From contig CAZJZJ010000001.1 of the NCBI GenBank assembly GCA_964550525.1, forward strand, positions 36,860 through 100,859: a stretch of 64,000 nucleotides of DNA, written 5' to 3'. How positions within the stretch are numbered: the first letter of the stretch is position 1; the number at the start of each line of letters is the position of its first letter. The DNA comes from an uncultured Methanosarcinales archaeon. Its GTDB lineage: Archaea > Nanobdellota > Nanobdellia > Woesearchaeales > JANQNQ01. The notes beneath the pieces are model-generated. The model worked only from the letters and a program-made list of their open reading frames with translations. It was not told the origin of the DNA and did no database searches. This document shows, piece by piece, positions 19,930 through 27,801 of this stretch. The position numbers and the translations under genes are program-made.

Positions 19930-19962
19930 AAGCCGAACGACCAAAGAACCAAAGGTTCTTTG
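19920..19962 (+). terminator. Two consecutive stem-loops overlapping and following the PAN stop codon (GTTCGG-N7-CCGAAC; CAAAGAACC-AAA-GGTTCTTTG), with a T-run at ~19983-19990
   Basis: Both inverted repeats are perfect and readable directly in the sequence, within the convergent intergenic region between pan and trm5. An oligo-T tract follows, as is usual for archaeal terminators. Confidence 0.45.
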
Positions 19963-20138
19963 AGTATGTTTGGTTAATCCAATTATTTTTTTCTGGTTTT
20001 ATATAAAAATAAGTGGCGTGTGTTCATAAGTTACTTCCGTTAATCATCTTCTCTTTCGAGAATCTTAGGGTGTTCACTAAATCATCACACACGCCGATAT
20101 AAAGGAGAAAAAGAGTCTTTTTAATGTTTTCTAATCTA

Positions 20139-21167
20139 TTAGCTAACCCGGAAATCTATACATATCCTGAATACATATGGGGCATGGTGCCCACATTTAT
20201 TATACCCCAGAATTTTGTACTTCTTTTTTGCTTTTTTACATGCCATATCGATTTTTGCTATAGCAACATGTGGTATCTCCCTTTCGTTTAAAAAGTCATA
20301 GAAATGGATTACACCATTCTTTTTTACAGTTGATAGGGCAATATCAAGGAAATCTTCAGCCCCCTTAGGTAAAGGCATTAAAACCCGATCAAATTTTTTC
20401 TTTAGTTTAGGAACAACCTTACGCACATCGCCATTGAAGAACTTAACATTATTAAACCCGTTGATAGAAAGATTTTCTAAAGCATATTTTTGTGCAACAG
20501 GATTTATCTCGATAGCACATATCTCTTTTGGAAAAGCGTTTTTAGCTATAACAAACGCGTAAACACCGCAACCAGAAAACATTACAAGAACAGATTCTTT
20601 TTTTTTTGTTAGCCCAGATATACGTTTGCGTTCTGTAGCAAGGCGTGGAGAGAAGTAAACTTTTTCTACATCTAGTTTAACTTTAATACTGTTTTCAACA
20701 TGGATGGATTCCTTTGTTTTTTTTCCTGCTAGATATTTTAATTTTTGTGTTCTAAAAACTCCTGTATGAATCCCGGATTTTCTTAAGACTGTCTTAATGT
20801 TTTTGTTTGTCTCTAAAAGAGTCTTTGCAATTAATTTTTCTTTTTTCTTTAATATGTCATCAACCTCGAGGATCGCTATTGACCCTACAGTATCAAAGGC
20901 AGTTTTAAGATGTTTAAGTTCTTTTTTAGATAGTTTACTCAGAAGAGCTGTTTTAAGGTCACGTGGTTCTTTTTTTAATTTCTTTAACGTTTTGTTTGAA
21001 AATTTGATAAAAGGGTATTTCTTCGGTGCCTGAAATTTTTTAATTATAGGAAAATATATGTTGTTTTTATCTTTTGCAATACAGTACTCTTTATTGAAAT
21101 TGCCTGTTTCTAATAGGTACTTCTTAACATGCTCTGCTTTCTTAAGGGGAGTTTTTAGTGTTAACAT
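20139..21167 (-). CDS. trm5: tRNA (guanine37-N1)-methyltransferase Trm5 / TYW2-like class I SAM methyltransferase
   Basis: The SAM-binding motif VLVMFSGCGVYAFVIA is followed by ICAIEINPVAQKYA and the NVKFFNGDVRK...FDRVLMPLP pattern, characteristic of the Trm5/Met-10 family. Confidence 0.7.
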   Translation of the reverse strand: MLTLKTPLKKAEHVKKYLLETGNFNKEYCIAKDKNNIYFPIIKKFQAPKKYPFIKFSNKTLKKLKKEPRDLKTALLSKLSKKELKHLKTAFDTVGSIAILEVDDILKKKEKLIAKTLLETNKNIKTVLRKSGIHTGVFRTQKLKYLAGKKTKESIHVENSIKVKLDVEKVYFSPRLATERKRISGLTKKKESVLVMFSGCGVYAFVIAKNAFPKEICAIEINPVAQKYALENLSINGFNNVKFFNGDVRKVVPKLKKKFDRVLMPLPKGAEDFLDIALSTVKKNGVIHFYDFLNEREIPHVAIAKIDMACKKAKKKYKILGYNKCGHHAPYVFRICIDFRVS

Positions 21168-21206
21168 ATTAGGAATAAAAAAACAACCTACTTAATAAGC
21201 TTTTTG

Positions 21207-22241
21207 TTAGAAAAAGTCACCAAGTCCTTTTTGATTTTTCTTTTTCTGCTCTGCCAGGATTTTTTTAAGACTATTTTCAACCCTTTCTAAAGAGAAATCA
21301 TGTTTTTCTACAAGCAAATCCTTGATTTTTTCTGCGTCTGGGTTAGTCCACTTAAGACCGTAATCTGAGGTTATTGGCATGTTCTTTATTGTGTTAAAGA
21401 TTTTTTCCCAAGAAATATCAAAATGCTCGTCCCATTTTACTTCTTTAAACAACGAATTAAAATCTTTACCGAATTTAGTTACATGTTGAAGCGCTTTTTT
21501 AGGCCCTATACCTTTGATACCTTTGTTGTTGTAGTCAGTACCAATTAACATACCAAGAGCGATTAATTGGTCTCCATCTATACCTAACGAATTTAATACT
21601 TTATCCAACTCGATTAATTCAGGTTTAACAATAGTATAACTTAACGCCCCAGTTTTCTTTCTTTTGCCTGTTACAGAAAGGTTTTTTACTAGCCTAGATG
21701 CGCCAAACATAAAACAGTCTGCATCTTGACTACCCACTGCGTAAGCATCTCCTTTTTTGACAATATGTGCTGCTTGTGCTTCACCTTCTGATGGGGCCTG
21801 TATCACAGGTACTCCGAATGCTTTTAGAAGTTCCATAGACTCAGTGATATGCTCTTTAGTTAATCGGGTTGTTCTTGAAGCGTATTTCTTCATACCGTCA
21901 ATATCTCCAACAAGTTCTGCTTGTTTATAGTTCCTTTCTGCTTCTTTTTTGATTGCTGCACGTTTCTCTCGTTCCTCTTTTTTTAGTAAGGGGGGTTTTC
22001 CGTCAAAAACAAAACAGGGTCTGATACCAACTTTAAGGAAATTTGTGAGTCTGCTAAATAGCCCAGTAAGATGGGAAGTAACATTACCATTAGAATCCAT
22101 TAACAACGAACCATCTCTCTGCCTTATTGTAGTTAGAAACTGGTAAAGGATTAGTGGCGCGTCTATAGCAACTACTTTGTCTTTTAAGTCCTTTAACTCA
22201 ATCTCTTTTGTAGGGATGAGTTCGAATATTTTTACACCCAT
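21207..22241 (-). CDS. fen: Flap endonuclease 1 (FEN-1)
   Basis: It has the N-terminal MGVKIFELIP...VVAIDAPLILYQFL block, the acidic active-site residues of the XPG N and I domains, and a C-terminal PIP box QKGLGDFF. Confidence 0.9.
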   Translation of the reverse strand: MGVKIFELIPTKEIELKDLKDKVVAIDAPLILYQFLTTIRQRDGSLLMDSNGNVTSHLTGLFSRLTNFLKVGIRPCFVFDGKPPLLKKEEREKRAAIKKEAERNYKQAELVGDIDGMKKYASRTTRLTKEHITESMELLKAFGVPVIQAPSEGEAQAAHIVKKGDAYAVGSQDADCFMFGASRLVKNLSVTGKRKKTGALSYTIVKPELIELDKVLNSLGIDGDQLIALGMLIGTDYNNKGIKGIGPKKALQHVTKFGKDFNSLFKEVKWDEHFDISWEKIFNTIKNMPITSDYGLKWTNPDAEKIKDLLVEKHDFSLERVENSLKKILAEQKKKNQKGLGDFF

Positions 22242-22244
22242 TTT

Positions 22245-23393
22245 TTATCCGAATTTTTGAAATATTATATTCTTAAAATCTGTTGAAAGCTGTTCAGAAG
22301 CACGTTTAGTAAGCTCTCCAGGGGTCAAAAACACTACTGGAAGTTTCTTCGTTTGCCCTTTAACAAAAGCAGCTGATAAATCACCTTCATTACACCTCTT
22401 TTTCTTTTTTGCTTTACAATAATACTCAACCTTACCGACTGCAGAAGGCACAGAAATGATTAAATCAATCTCAGATTTTTTCCGTATAATCTCAAATTCT
22501 TTGATTTCTATATCTTTCTTGTTGAAGAAGGTTTTTATTTGTGTTAAGAAAGGATCGTTGATTCCTTTTACTGTTGGTTTTGGTTTAGCTTCGACAAGTT
22601 TCTCCTGTTTATCTTCTACCTCTTTTTCTAGTTGTGGTTTTGGTTTAGCTTCATGGAGCTTCTCGATCTTTTTACGTTCTTCTTCTATTTTTTTTCTCTC
22701 TTTCTCCAGCCCAAGTTTTTCTTTTTCTAGTTTTGAAAGAATATCTTCGTACTTTTTCAATTCGTCTTCGAACTGTTTCTTTTTTTCTTCTTTTACTTCT
22801 TCTTTAGGTTGTTTTGGAGTAAGCTCTTTCACTGGTTGTACTGGTTTTATTTCTTTTTTTGGTTGTTCAACACTTAAGGAAGGTTCTTCTGTAAAGGTCT
22901 GTTGCTGTTGTAAAAATTTGCCAATATCATCATTAGGTAACATATACCATTTCCAGAATTTGTGTGCATTGCCATTTAATTTGATTGTCAACGGGATTGC
23001 AAAATCCTTTAGATTATTTAATGAAGCTTTTTGAAAAGGTGTAAGATCCTGATCCTTTAATAGCTTCTTTTCTTTAAGAATGTTAAAGGTCTGTTGATCT
23101 TTTGGGTTAAGATGCGGGTAGAGCACGTTTTGTAGTTTTGTTTCTTGCCCTTTAATGTAATAAACAGGGCTACTGCCAATACGTTTATTAGACATAAAGA
23201 GTTTGCCAGAAGAAACTAATTGAGACAAAAACGCGCCAGCAAAGGTTAGACTAACCTGTGCTTCTTTTGTTAGTTGCGCTGGAAGGACTGGTCCCCTACG
23301 CTGTACTGCTCTTAAAATCTTTTCTGAAACATTCGCATCCATGTGAAATAGAATAAGATAAGAATATAAAAATTTTGTTATGGTCTCATCCAC
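22245..23393 (-). CDS. Hypothetical protein with an N-terminal winged-helix-like domain, a central K/E-rich repeat (coiled-coil) region, and a C-terminal minimal PD-(D/E)xK-like domain
   Basis: The likely start is the internal MDANVSEKILRAVQRRGPV (wH-like). The central region carries repeated EAKPKP units; a direct DNA repeat of tggttttggtttagcttc appears at ~22575 and ~22632. The C-terminus reads EIDLIISVPSAVGKVEYYCKAKKKK, which resembles the D...E.K signature of Hjc/NucS-type nucleases. The 3' end overlaps endA by 16 nt. Confidence 0.4.
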   Translation of the reverse strand: MDETITKFLYSYLILFHMDANVSEKILRAVQRRGPVLPAQLTKEAQVSLTFAGAFLSQLVSSGKLFMSNKRIGSSPVYYIKGQETKLQNVLYPHLNPKDQQTFNILKEKKLLKDQDLTPFQKASLNNLKDFAIPLTIKLNGNAHKFWKWYMLPNDDIGKFLQQQQTFTEEPSLSVEQPKKEIKPVQPVKELTPKQPKEEVKEEKKKQFEDELKKYEDILSKLEKEKLGLEKERKKIEEERKKIEKLHEAKPKPQLEKEVEDKQEKLVEAKPKPTVKGINDPFLTQIKTFFNKKDIEIKEFEIIRKKSEIDLIISVPSAVGKVEYYCKAKKKKRCNEGDLSAAFVKGQTKKLPVVFLTPGELTKRASEQLSTDFKNIIFQKFG

Positions 23394-23974
23394 TTAATCT
23401 CCCAATAGGTAACATCTGCTTCTTCGTCAACTACACCAATAAGAAGCCTCTTACGAGTAGAATGTGCAACCCTATTTTTAGCAGCAAACTCATACCAAGT
23501 CAGTGTCTCGCCTTCATGCACAGGGTAGATAATCCATCTTGCGTGGTCTTCACCTGGCTTAACACCTCTATCATATACCCTAAAATCTGCACCGAATTTT
23601 AAGGCTGTTTTGACAATATAGCCTCTATTTCGCATATCTTTGAAAACACAGTAACGTATCCAGAAATTTGGTTCTATTTTTCGTGCTTTTTTAATTAGTT
23701 TTTCAGGTTTTATTGGTTTGTTACGTCCGTCTAAAACCCTAATCTTCCCTTTTTCAAGCAAATAAAGGGCTTCTATAAGTGAAAGTTGAACCTTTTTATT
23801 GTCTAGGATTGCCCCAAACCTACTTTGATTATAGAGTTCTCTAGCTAAATCTGAATCCTCTGTTATCACCCGTTCTCTGGTGAATACTGTATCAATTGGT
23901 TTTGCCTTACCCATATTAGACTTCTGGAACAACCCATGTTTATTAATCTTTCTTTTTAAAACAAGCTTGACCAA
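23378..23974 (-). CDS. endA: tRNA-splicing (intron) endonuclease catalytic subunit
   Basis: The catalytic-domain signature RYCVFKDMRNRGYIVKTALKFGADFRVYDRG...H...K is present, in a 198-aa protein. Confidence 0.8.
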   Translation of the reverse strand: MVKLVLKRKINKHGLFQKSNMGKAKPIDTVFTRERVITEDSDLARELYNQSRFGAILDNKKVQLSLIEALYLLEKGKIRVLDGRNKPIKPEKLIKKARKIEPNFWIRYCVFKDMRNRGYIVKTALKFGADFRVYDRGVKPGEDHARWIIYPVHEGETLTWYEFAAKNRVAHSTRKRLLIGVVDEEADVTYWEIKWMRP

Positions 23975-24049
23975 GCAGATTTATTTTCCATATAGAAGAT
24001 AAAAAACAAAACAAAAAGCATTAAATACTTTACCCACACCCCAAAATAC

Positions 24050-24943
24050 ATGATAGAAATAATTTTCCTTGGTACATCTTGCATGCAACCAACTAAAGAA
24101 AGAAACCATTCCGGTATTTTGATTAGATTCGGCCCTGAAAATATACTTATGGATTGTGGTGAAGGTATCCAAAGGCAGCTTAAGATAGCAGGCATAAAAC
24201 CTGCAAAAATCACTAAAGTGTTAATAAGTCACTGGCACGGTGATCATGTTTTAGGTTTACCTGGACTTATCCAAACCATGGGTGCAAACGAGTATAGTAA
24301 AAAACTATTGATATACGGCCCAGAGAACTCAAAAAACTATATGCAACACATGATGAAAGCTTTTTTCTCTAAAGGCTCGATCCAATTTGAATTAAAAGAA
24401 ATTAACGAAGGTGTATTCTTTGAAAACAATACGTTCAAACTTACGTCTATGCCTCTAAAACACGGCATAAAAACAGTTGGGTTTAGTTTTATAGAGAAAG
24501 ACAGGCGTAGGATTAAGGTTAGTCATATAAAAAAACTAGGTATCCCTGATGGACCGCTATTAGGCAAGCTCCAGCGTGGACAAAAGATTAAGTGGAAAGG
24601 TAAAGAGATTAAAGCAGATGATGTAACCTATGTTGTTAAGGGTAAAAAAATAGCATATATTGCAGACACACTATCATGTAATAATGCAGTTAAACTCGCT
24701 GAAAACGCTGATTTGTTAATAAGTGAGGCTTCGTTTATAACAGAACATCTTGAAAAAGCAGAAGGCTATAAGCACCTAACTGCTAAGGATGCTGCTTTGA
24801 TAGCAAACAGTGCAGGTGCAAAGAAACTGATCCTAACCCACTTTTCTCAACGTTACAAAGAAACTAAAGACATAGAAGAGGAAGCAAAGGATTATTTTAA
24901 CGATGTTACTTGTGCTTACGACTTTATGAAAATTAAGGTGTAA
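24050..24943 (+). CDS. rnz: Ribonuclease Z (tRNA 3'-processing endonuclease, metallo-beta-lactamase fold)
   Basis: It has the HxHxDH motif (ISHWHGDHVLGLPGL) and an N-terminus IIFLGTSCMQPTKERN typical of RNase Z, in 297 aa. Confidence 0.85.
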   Translation: MIEIIFLGTSCMQPTKERNHSGILIRFGPENILMDCGEGIQRQLKIAGIKPAKITKVLISHWHGDHVLGLPGLIQTMGANEYSKKLLIYGPENSKNYMQHMMKAFFSKGSIQFELKEINEGVFFENNTFKLTSMPLKHGIKTVGFSFIEKDRRRIKVSHIKKLGIPDGPLLGKLQRGQKIKWKGKEIKADDVTYVVKGKKIAYIADTLSCNNAVKLAENADLLISEASFITEHLEKAEGYKHLTAKDAALIANSAGAKKLILTHFSQRYKETKDIEEEAKDYFNDVTCAYDFMKIKV

Positions 24944-24950
24944 TAAGATA

Positions 24951-25340
24951 ATGTCTCGTAAATCTAAGGGCATAAACGCTGAACGTGAACTAATACACTT
25001 ATTTTGGCAAACAAAGGATTGGTCTGCTTGTAGGGTAGCTGGTTCTGGTTCAATTAAATACCCTTCCCCAGATATCCTTGCAGGGAATAGGATTCGTAAG
25101 CTTGCAATAGAGTGTAAGGTGTCAAACAATAGGAGTAAGTACTTTTCTAAAGAAGAAATAGGTCAACTAAAGGGTTTTGCAAACCGGTTTGGAGCTGAAC
25201 CATGGGTTGCTATTAAATTTAGCAAGAACCAATGGTATTTTCTAAATATCGAGGATTTAAAGAAAACACCAGCCGGATATGCTCTTTCAAAAGGTATTGC
25301 GAAGAGCAAAGGCCTTATTTTTGAAGAGTTGTTGGGATAG
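24951..25340 (+). CDS. hjc: Holliday junction resolvase Hjc
   Basis: The Hjc signature reads GINAERELIHLFWQTKDWSACRVAGSG...PDILAGN...LAIECKVS, in 129 aa. Confidence 0.8.
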   Translation: MSRKSKGINAERELIHLFWQTKDWSACRVAGSGSIKYPSPDILAGNRIRKLAIECKVSNNRSKYFSKEEIGQLKGFANRFGAEPWVAIKFSKNQWYFLNIEDLKKTPAGYALSKGIAKSKGLIFEELLG

Positions 25341-25568
25341 GTGGGCGTTTGTTATCCGGAAGTAGTCATTACCTGCTTTTTAAGCGTTTCTAGCCAAAAT
25401 ACCTTTTTTCCCGCCTTTTTTAGCAAGTAAAAGGCTTTTTTTTGCTGTTTTGCCCAGTAAGAGCCGTTGTGTTTAAGAATAACCAAGAAAAAGGCCGAAA
25501 ACCGCTATTTGAAAAACGAAAGATTTATAAAGGTTACTATCTTAAATTAACACATATCTGGGGCAAAG

Positions 25569-26075
25569 ATGAAGCTTTCAAACAAGATTATTGAACAAGT
25601 AGTAAGTGAGGCTGCTGGCCAAGATGTGATTGCTTTAGTCAAATTCCTAAAAAACAGGAAGAACATTTCTGAGTTCAAGATTGCTGATGCATTGGGAGAA
25701 GAGATAAACACAGTAAGAAACATGTTGTATCGCTTACTAGATGTAAATTTGGTGAGTTTTACTAGGAAAAAGGATAAGAAGAAAGGATGGTACATCTACT
25801 ACTGGACATTTAATACAAAAAGAATAAAGTATTTGGCTGTTAGCTTAAAAAAGAGGCGGTTAGATAAACTAAAAGACAGGCTATCCAGAGAGGTTGGTGG
25901 ACATTTTTACCTCTGCCCCCAGGGCTGTATTAGGCTTGATTTTGAACAGGCGATTAACTTCGAATTCAAATGCCCAGAATGCGGTAGTTTAACCACCCAA
26001 CAGGACAATGATGCAGTTGTAGCCAATATAGAGAAAGAAATAGCAACCTTAGAAACAGAATTAAAAAAGCCCTAA
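25569..26075 (+). CDS. tfe: Transcription factor E (TFE alpha; TFIIE-alpha homolog)
   Basis: It combines an N-terminal winged helix (IADALGEEINTVRNMLYRLLDVNLV...KKKGWYIYYW) with a C-terminal zinc ribbon (CPQGC...CPECG). Confidence 0.8.
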   Translation: MKLSNKIIEQVVSEAAGQDVIALVKFLKNRKNISEFKIADALGEEINTVRNMLYRLLDVNLVSFTRKKDKKKGWYIYYWTFNTKRIKYLAVSLKKRRLDKLKDRLSREVGGHFYLCPQGCIRLDFEQAINFEFKCPECGSLTTQQDNDAVVANIEKEIATLETELKKP

Positions 26076-26221
26076 GATACCCAATTCCGATGTTTTCTTA
26101 TTTCCCCCACAAGAGTGTTTGGTTTAGATATACCTAATCTAGGGGTAATGCTCATAATACGTGCCACTATATCCTCAAAAATTTGGCAAAAAGTTGTATT
26201 ATTAAAAAACAAAAAGAAAAA

Positions 26222-26452
26222 TTATTTTCTTTTCTTGACTCTTTTTGGTTTGCTTAATCTCTTTAGGATTGCTTTTTCCTGTTTTTCTATCCTTACTTCC
26301 TCTTTAACCATTTTCAGAGCAATCTTTTCGAGATTCTCGTCAATACGTTCCATCTTTCTGTCCATCAGAACAAGTATCCTTAAGCTATAAACAATAGCGG
26401 CAAGCGTACCAATAATTATGCTAAGTGTTACCTCTTCAATTGCAAGCGTCAT
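26222..26452 (-). CDS. Small single-pass membrane protein with a basic C-terminal tail (hypothetical)
   Basis: One TM helix (LSIIIGTLAAIVYSLRILVL) is followed by a K/E-rich tail. I preferred it over the overlapping plus-strand ORF 26115..26390, which has a low-complexity composition. Confidence 0.35.
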   Translation of the reverse strand: MTLAIEEVTLSIIIGTLAAIVYSLRILVLMDRKMERIDENLEKIALKMVKEEVRIEKQEKAILKRLSKPKRVKKRK

Positions 26453-26551
26453 ACGAAAGCACCTCTTTTGTTTTGTTGAATATATTTAAAGCAATGCTTA
26501 TATATAAAGCTTTTTATTAGAAAAGAATATGCCATTAAAAACTGCGTATAT

Positions 26552-27346
26552 TTATTGTGCGCTTGACCAGGTAGAATCAAACATTTTTTTAAGTGCCGAA
26601 GAAAAATAAGGGGAATTTACCCAAACGCCCACATCATAATTTGGGTGCACGTCGCTGTCGCTTAACAACATAAAGAAGGTTTCTTTGCCATCTACAATAC
26701 ACATCCTGGCGTCGACATCTTTAACAACCCTAACATCTGTTCCCTGCTTAGTTAGTTCCCCAAGGAAGCCGGGGTCTGTTTTTGTTAAAGAGGCAATAAC
26801 CCTTGTTTTGACGCCTTTTTTTGATGCTGTGTTCAACAGCTTAGCAAACTTAGTTTTGCCAGCTACCTCCTCATTACCGATAACCAAAGAAAGATGTTTT
26901 TTAGCAGATTTAAACATAAGCCCAAGTTGATCCATAATATTACTCCTGCCCTTAATGCTGCCAACAAGCTCGTTTGGTTCAATTTGATCTTGGCCTTGCG
27001 AATGCAATAGATTGAGTTCACTCAAAAGCTTACCTTTTTTCAGTTCTTCAACAAGTCTTTCATTCTCTTTTGCTTGTTTTTCAATCTTGTTTTTTATTCT
27101 TTCTAAAACATCCACAGGAGAGACAGCAACATATTTAATAGGTTTACCTGGTTTAGTAATAATAAACCCTTTTCGTTCAAGACTTTCTAACACATCATAA
27201 CTCCTAGAACGGGGGACATTAGCAATATCTGAGAGCTCGCCAGCTGTGCTGGTTCCTCTAGACAACAAAGCAGCCCAGAGCCTACTTTCATACGTATTCA
27301 AACCAAAATCCCTTAATTTTAATAAAAACGCCTTTTCTACGACCAT
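26552..27346 (-). CDS. TrmB family transcriptional regulator
   Basis: It has an N-terminal wHTH (LRDFGLNTYESRLWAALLSRGTSTAGELSDIANVPRSRSYDVLESLERKGFI), a coiled-coil linker and a C-terminal TrmB effector-like domain. The likely start is the Met at 27346 rather than the track start at 27394. It is transcribed divergently from orc1/cdc6. Confidence 0.7.
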   Translation of the reverse strand: MVVEKAFLLKLRDFGLNTYESRLWAALLSRGTSTAGELSDIANVPRSRSYDVLESLERKGFIITKPGKPIKYVAVSPVDVLERIKNKIEKQAKENERLVEELKKGKLLSELNLLHSQGQDQIEPNELVGSIKGRSNIMDQLGLMFKSAKKHLSLVIGNEEVAGKTKFAKLLNTASKKGVKTRVIASLTKTDPGFLGELTKQGTDVRVVKDVDARMCIVDGKETFFMLLSDSDVHPNYDVGVWVNSPYFSSALKKMFDSTWSSAQ

Positions 27347-27499
27347 TGAATCACAACCAGTAGTTTTTAAGGATTTTTTGCTGAAAAAGACCAATTAGCG
27401 CCGATTCAACAAAAAACAACCAATTAAACCAGGTTAAACACATTATAAACCGGTAGTTGAACACCTATTTAAATGTTTTCTTTTTGTTGCTATTAAAGA

Positions 27500-27800
27500 G
27501 TAATTAAAGAGTCACACCTTCCAAACGAAATTTCCAGTTTATTACACGCCCTTTTGGTATCTGACACCTTTGTTTCCTTTGGAGATATCTTGTTTTGTTT
27601 TTTTGTTTTTTTGTTTTTTGTTTTCTATATAGAAAATAATAATAAAAGAAAAAAGTCGACGACAAAAAAATACAAAAAACAAAAGAAAAAACTTAAACAA
27701 CAACTAAAAACAAAGAAGAACCACAATTACACAGGAAACAAAAGGGTAGCAGACAAAAAACAAAAACTTTAAATACCTCCCTTTCGTTTGCAGATTGGAA
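27500..27800. other. oriC: Putative chromosomal replication origin (oriC): inverted ORB-like elements flanking a long T-run/A-run duplex-unwinding element, immediately upstream of orc1/cdc6
   Basis: Four ORB-like boxes are visible. At 27567-27584 the minus strand reads CTCCAAAGGAAACAAAGG. At 27734-27746 the plus strand reads GGAAACAAAAGGG. At 27776-27799 the minus strand reads TCCAATCTGCAAACGAAAGGGAGG. At 27517-27537 the plus strand reads TTCCAAACGAAATTTCCAG. A (T)n-rich stretch at 27590-27625 switches to an (A)n-rich stretch at 27640-27765. The orc1/cdc6, DP1, DP2 gene order follows downstream, as at the Pyrococcus oriC. Confidence 0.55.
27767..27776 (+). promoter_or_regulatory. TATA-box-like element (TTTAAATA) ~27 nt upstream of the orc1/cdc6 ATG, overlapping an ORB-like box
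   Basis: The sequence ctttaaatacc sits at the expected archaeal TATA distance from ATG 27802. Confidence 0.4.
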
Positions 27801-27801
27801 A

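Noticed and set aside
22456-23034. 192-aa plus-strand ORF rich in Ser, Phe and Cys, opposite the K/E-rich protein
   Set aside because: It is the antisense of a K/E-repeat coding region (A/G-rich sense, T/C-rich antisense). It is not a plausible protein.
25341-25568. 228-bp intergenic region between hjc and tfe, checked for a C/D-box sRNA or tRNA
   Set aside because: I could find no RUGAUGA/CUGA box pairs and no GC-rich tRNA-like stems. It is probably just a terminator T-run plus the tfe promoter. A small RNA cannot be excluded without a covariance search.
26115-26390. 91-aa plus-strand ORF overlapping the small TM protein gene
   Set aside because: It has a low-complexity S/F/I/L composition. 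The minus-strand ORF has a clean TM helix plus a basic tail, and one of the two must be spurious.
27590-27770. Short direct repeats (tttttg)n and (aaaaac)n that could superficially look like a repeat array
   Set aside because: These are simple homopolymer/oligo(T/A) tracts without spacers. I interpret them as the origin unwinding element, not a CRISPR or tandem-repeat locus.
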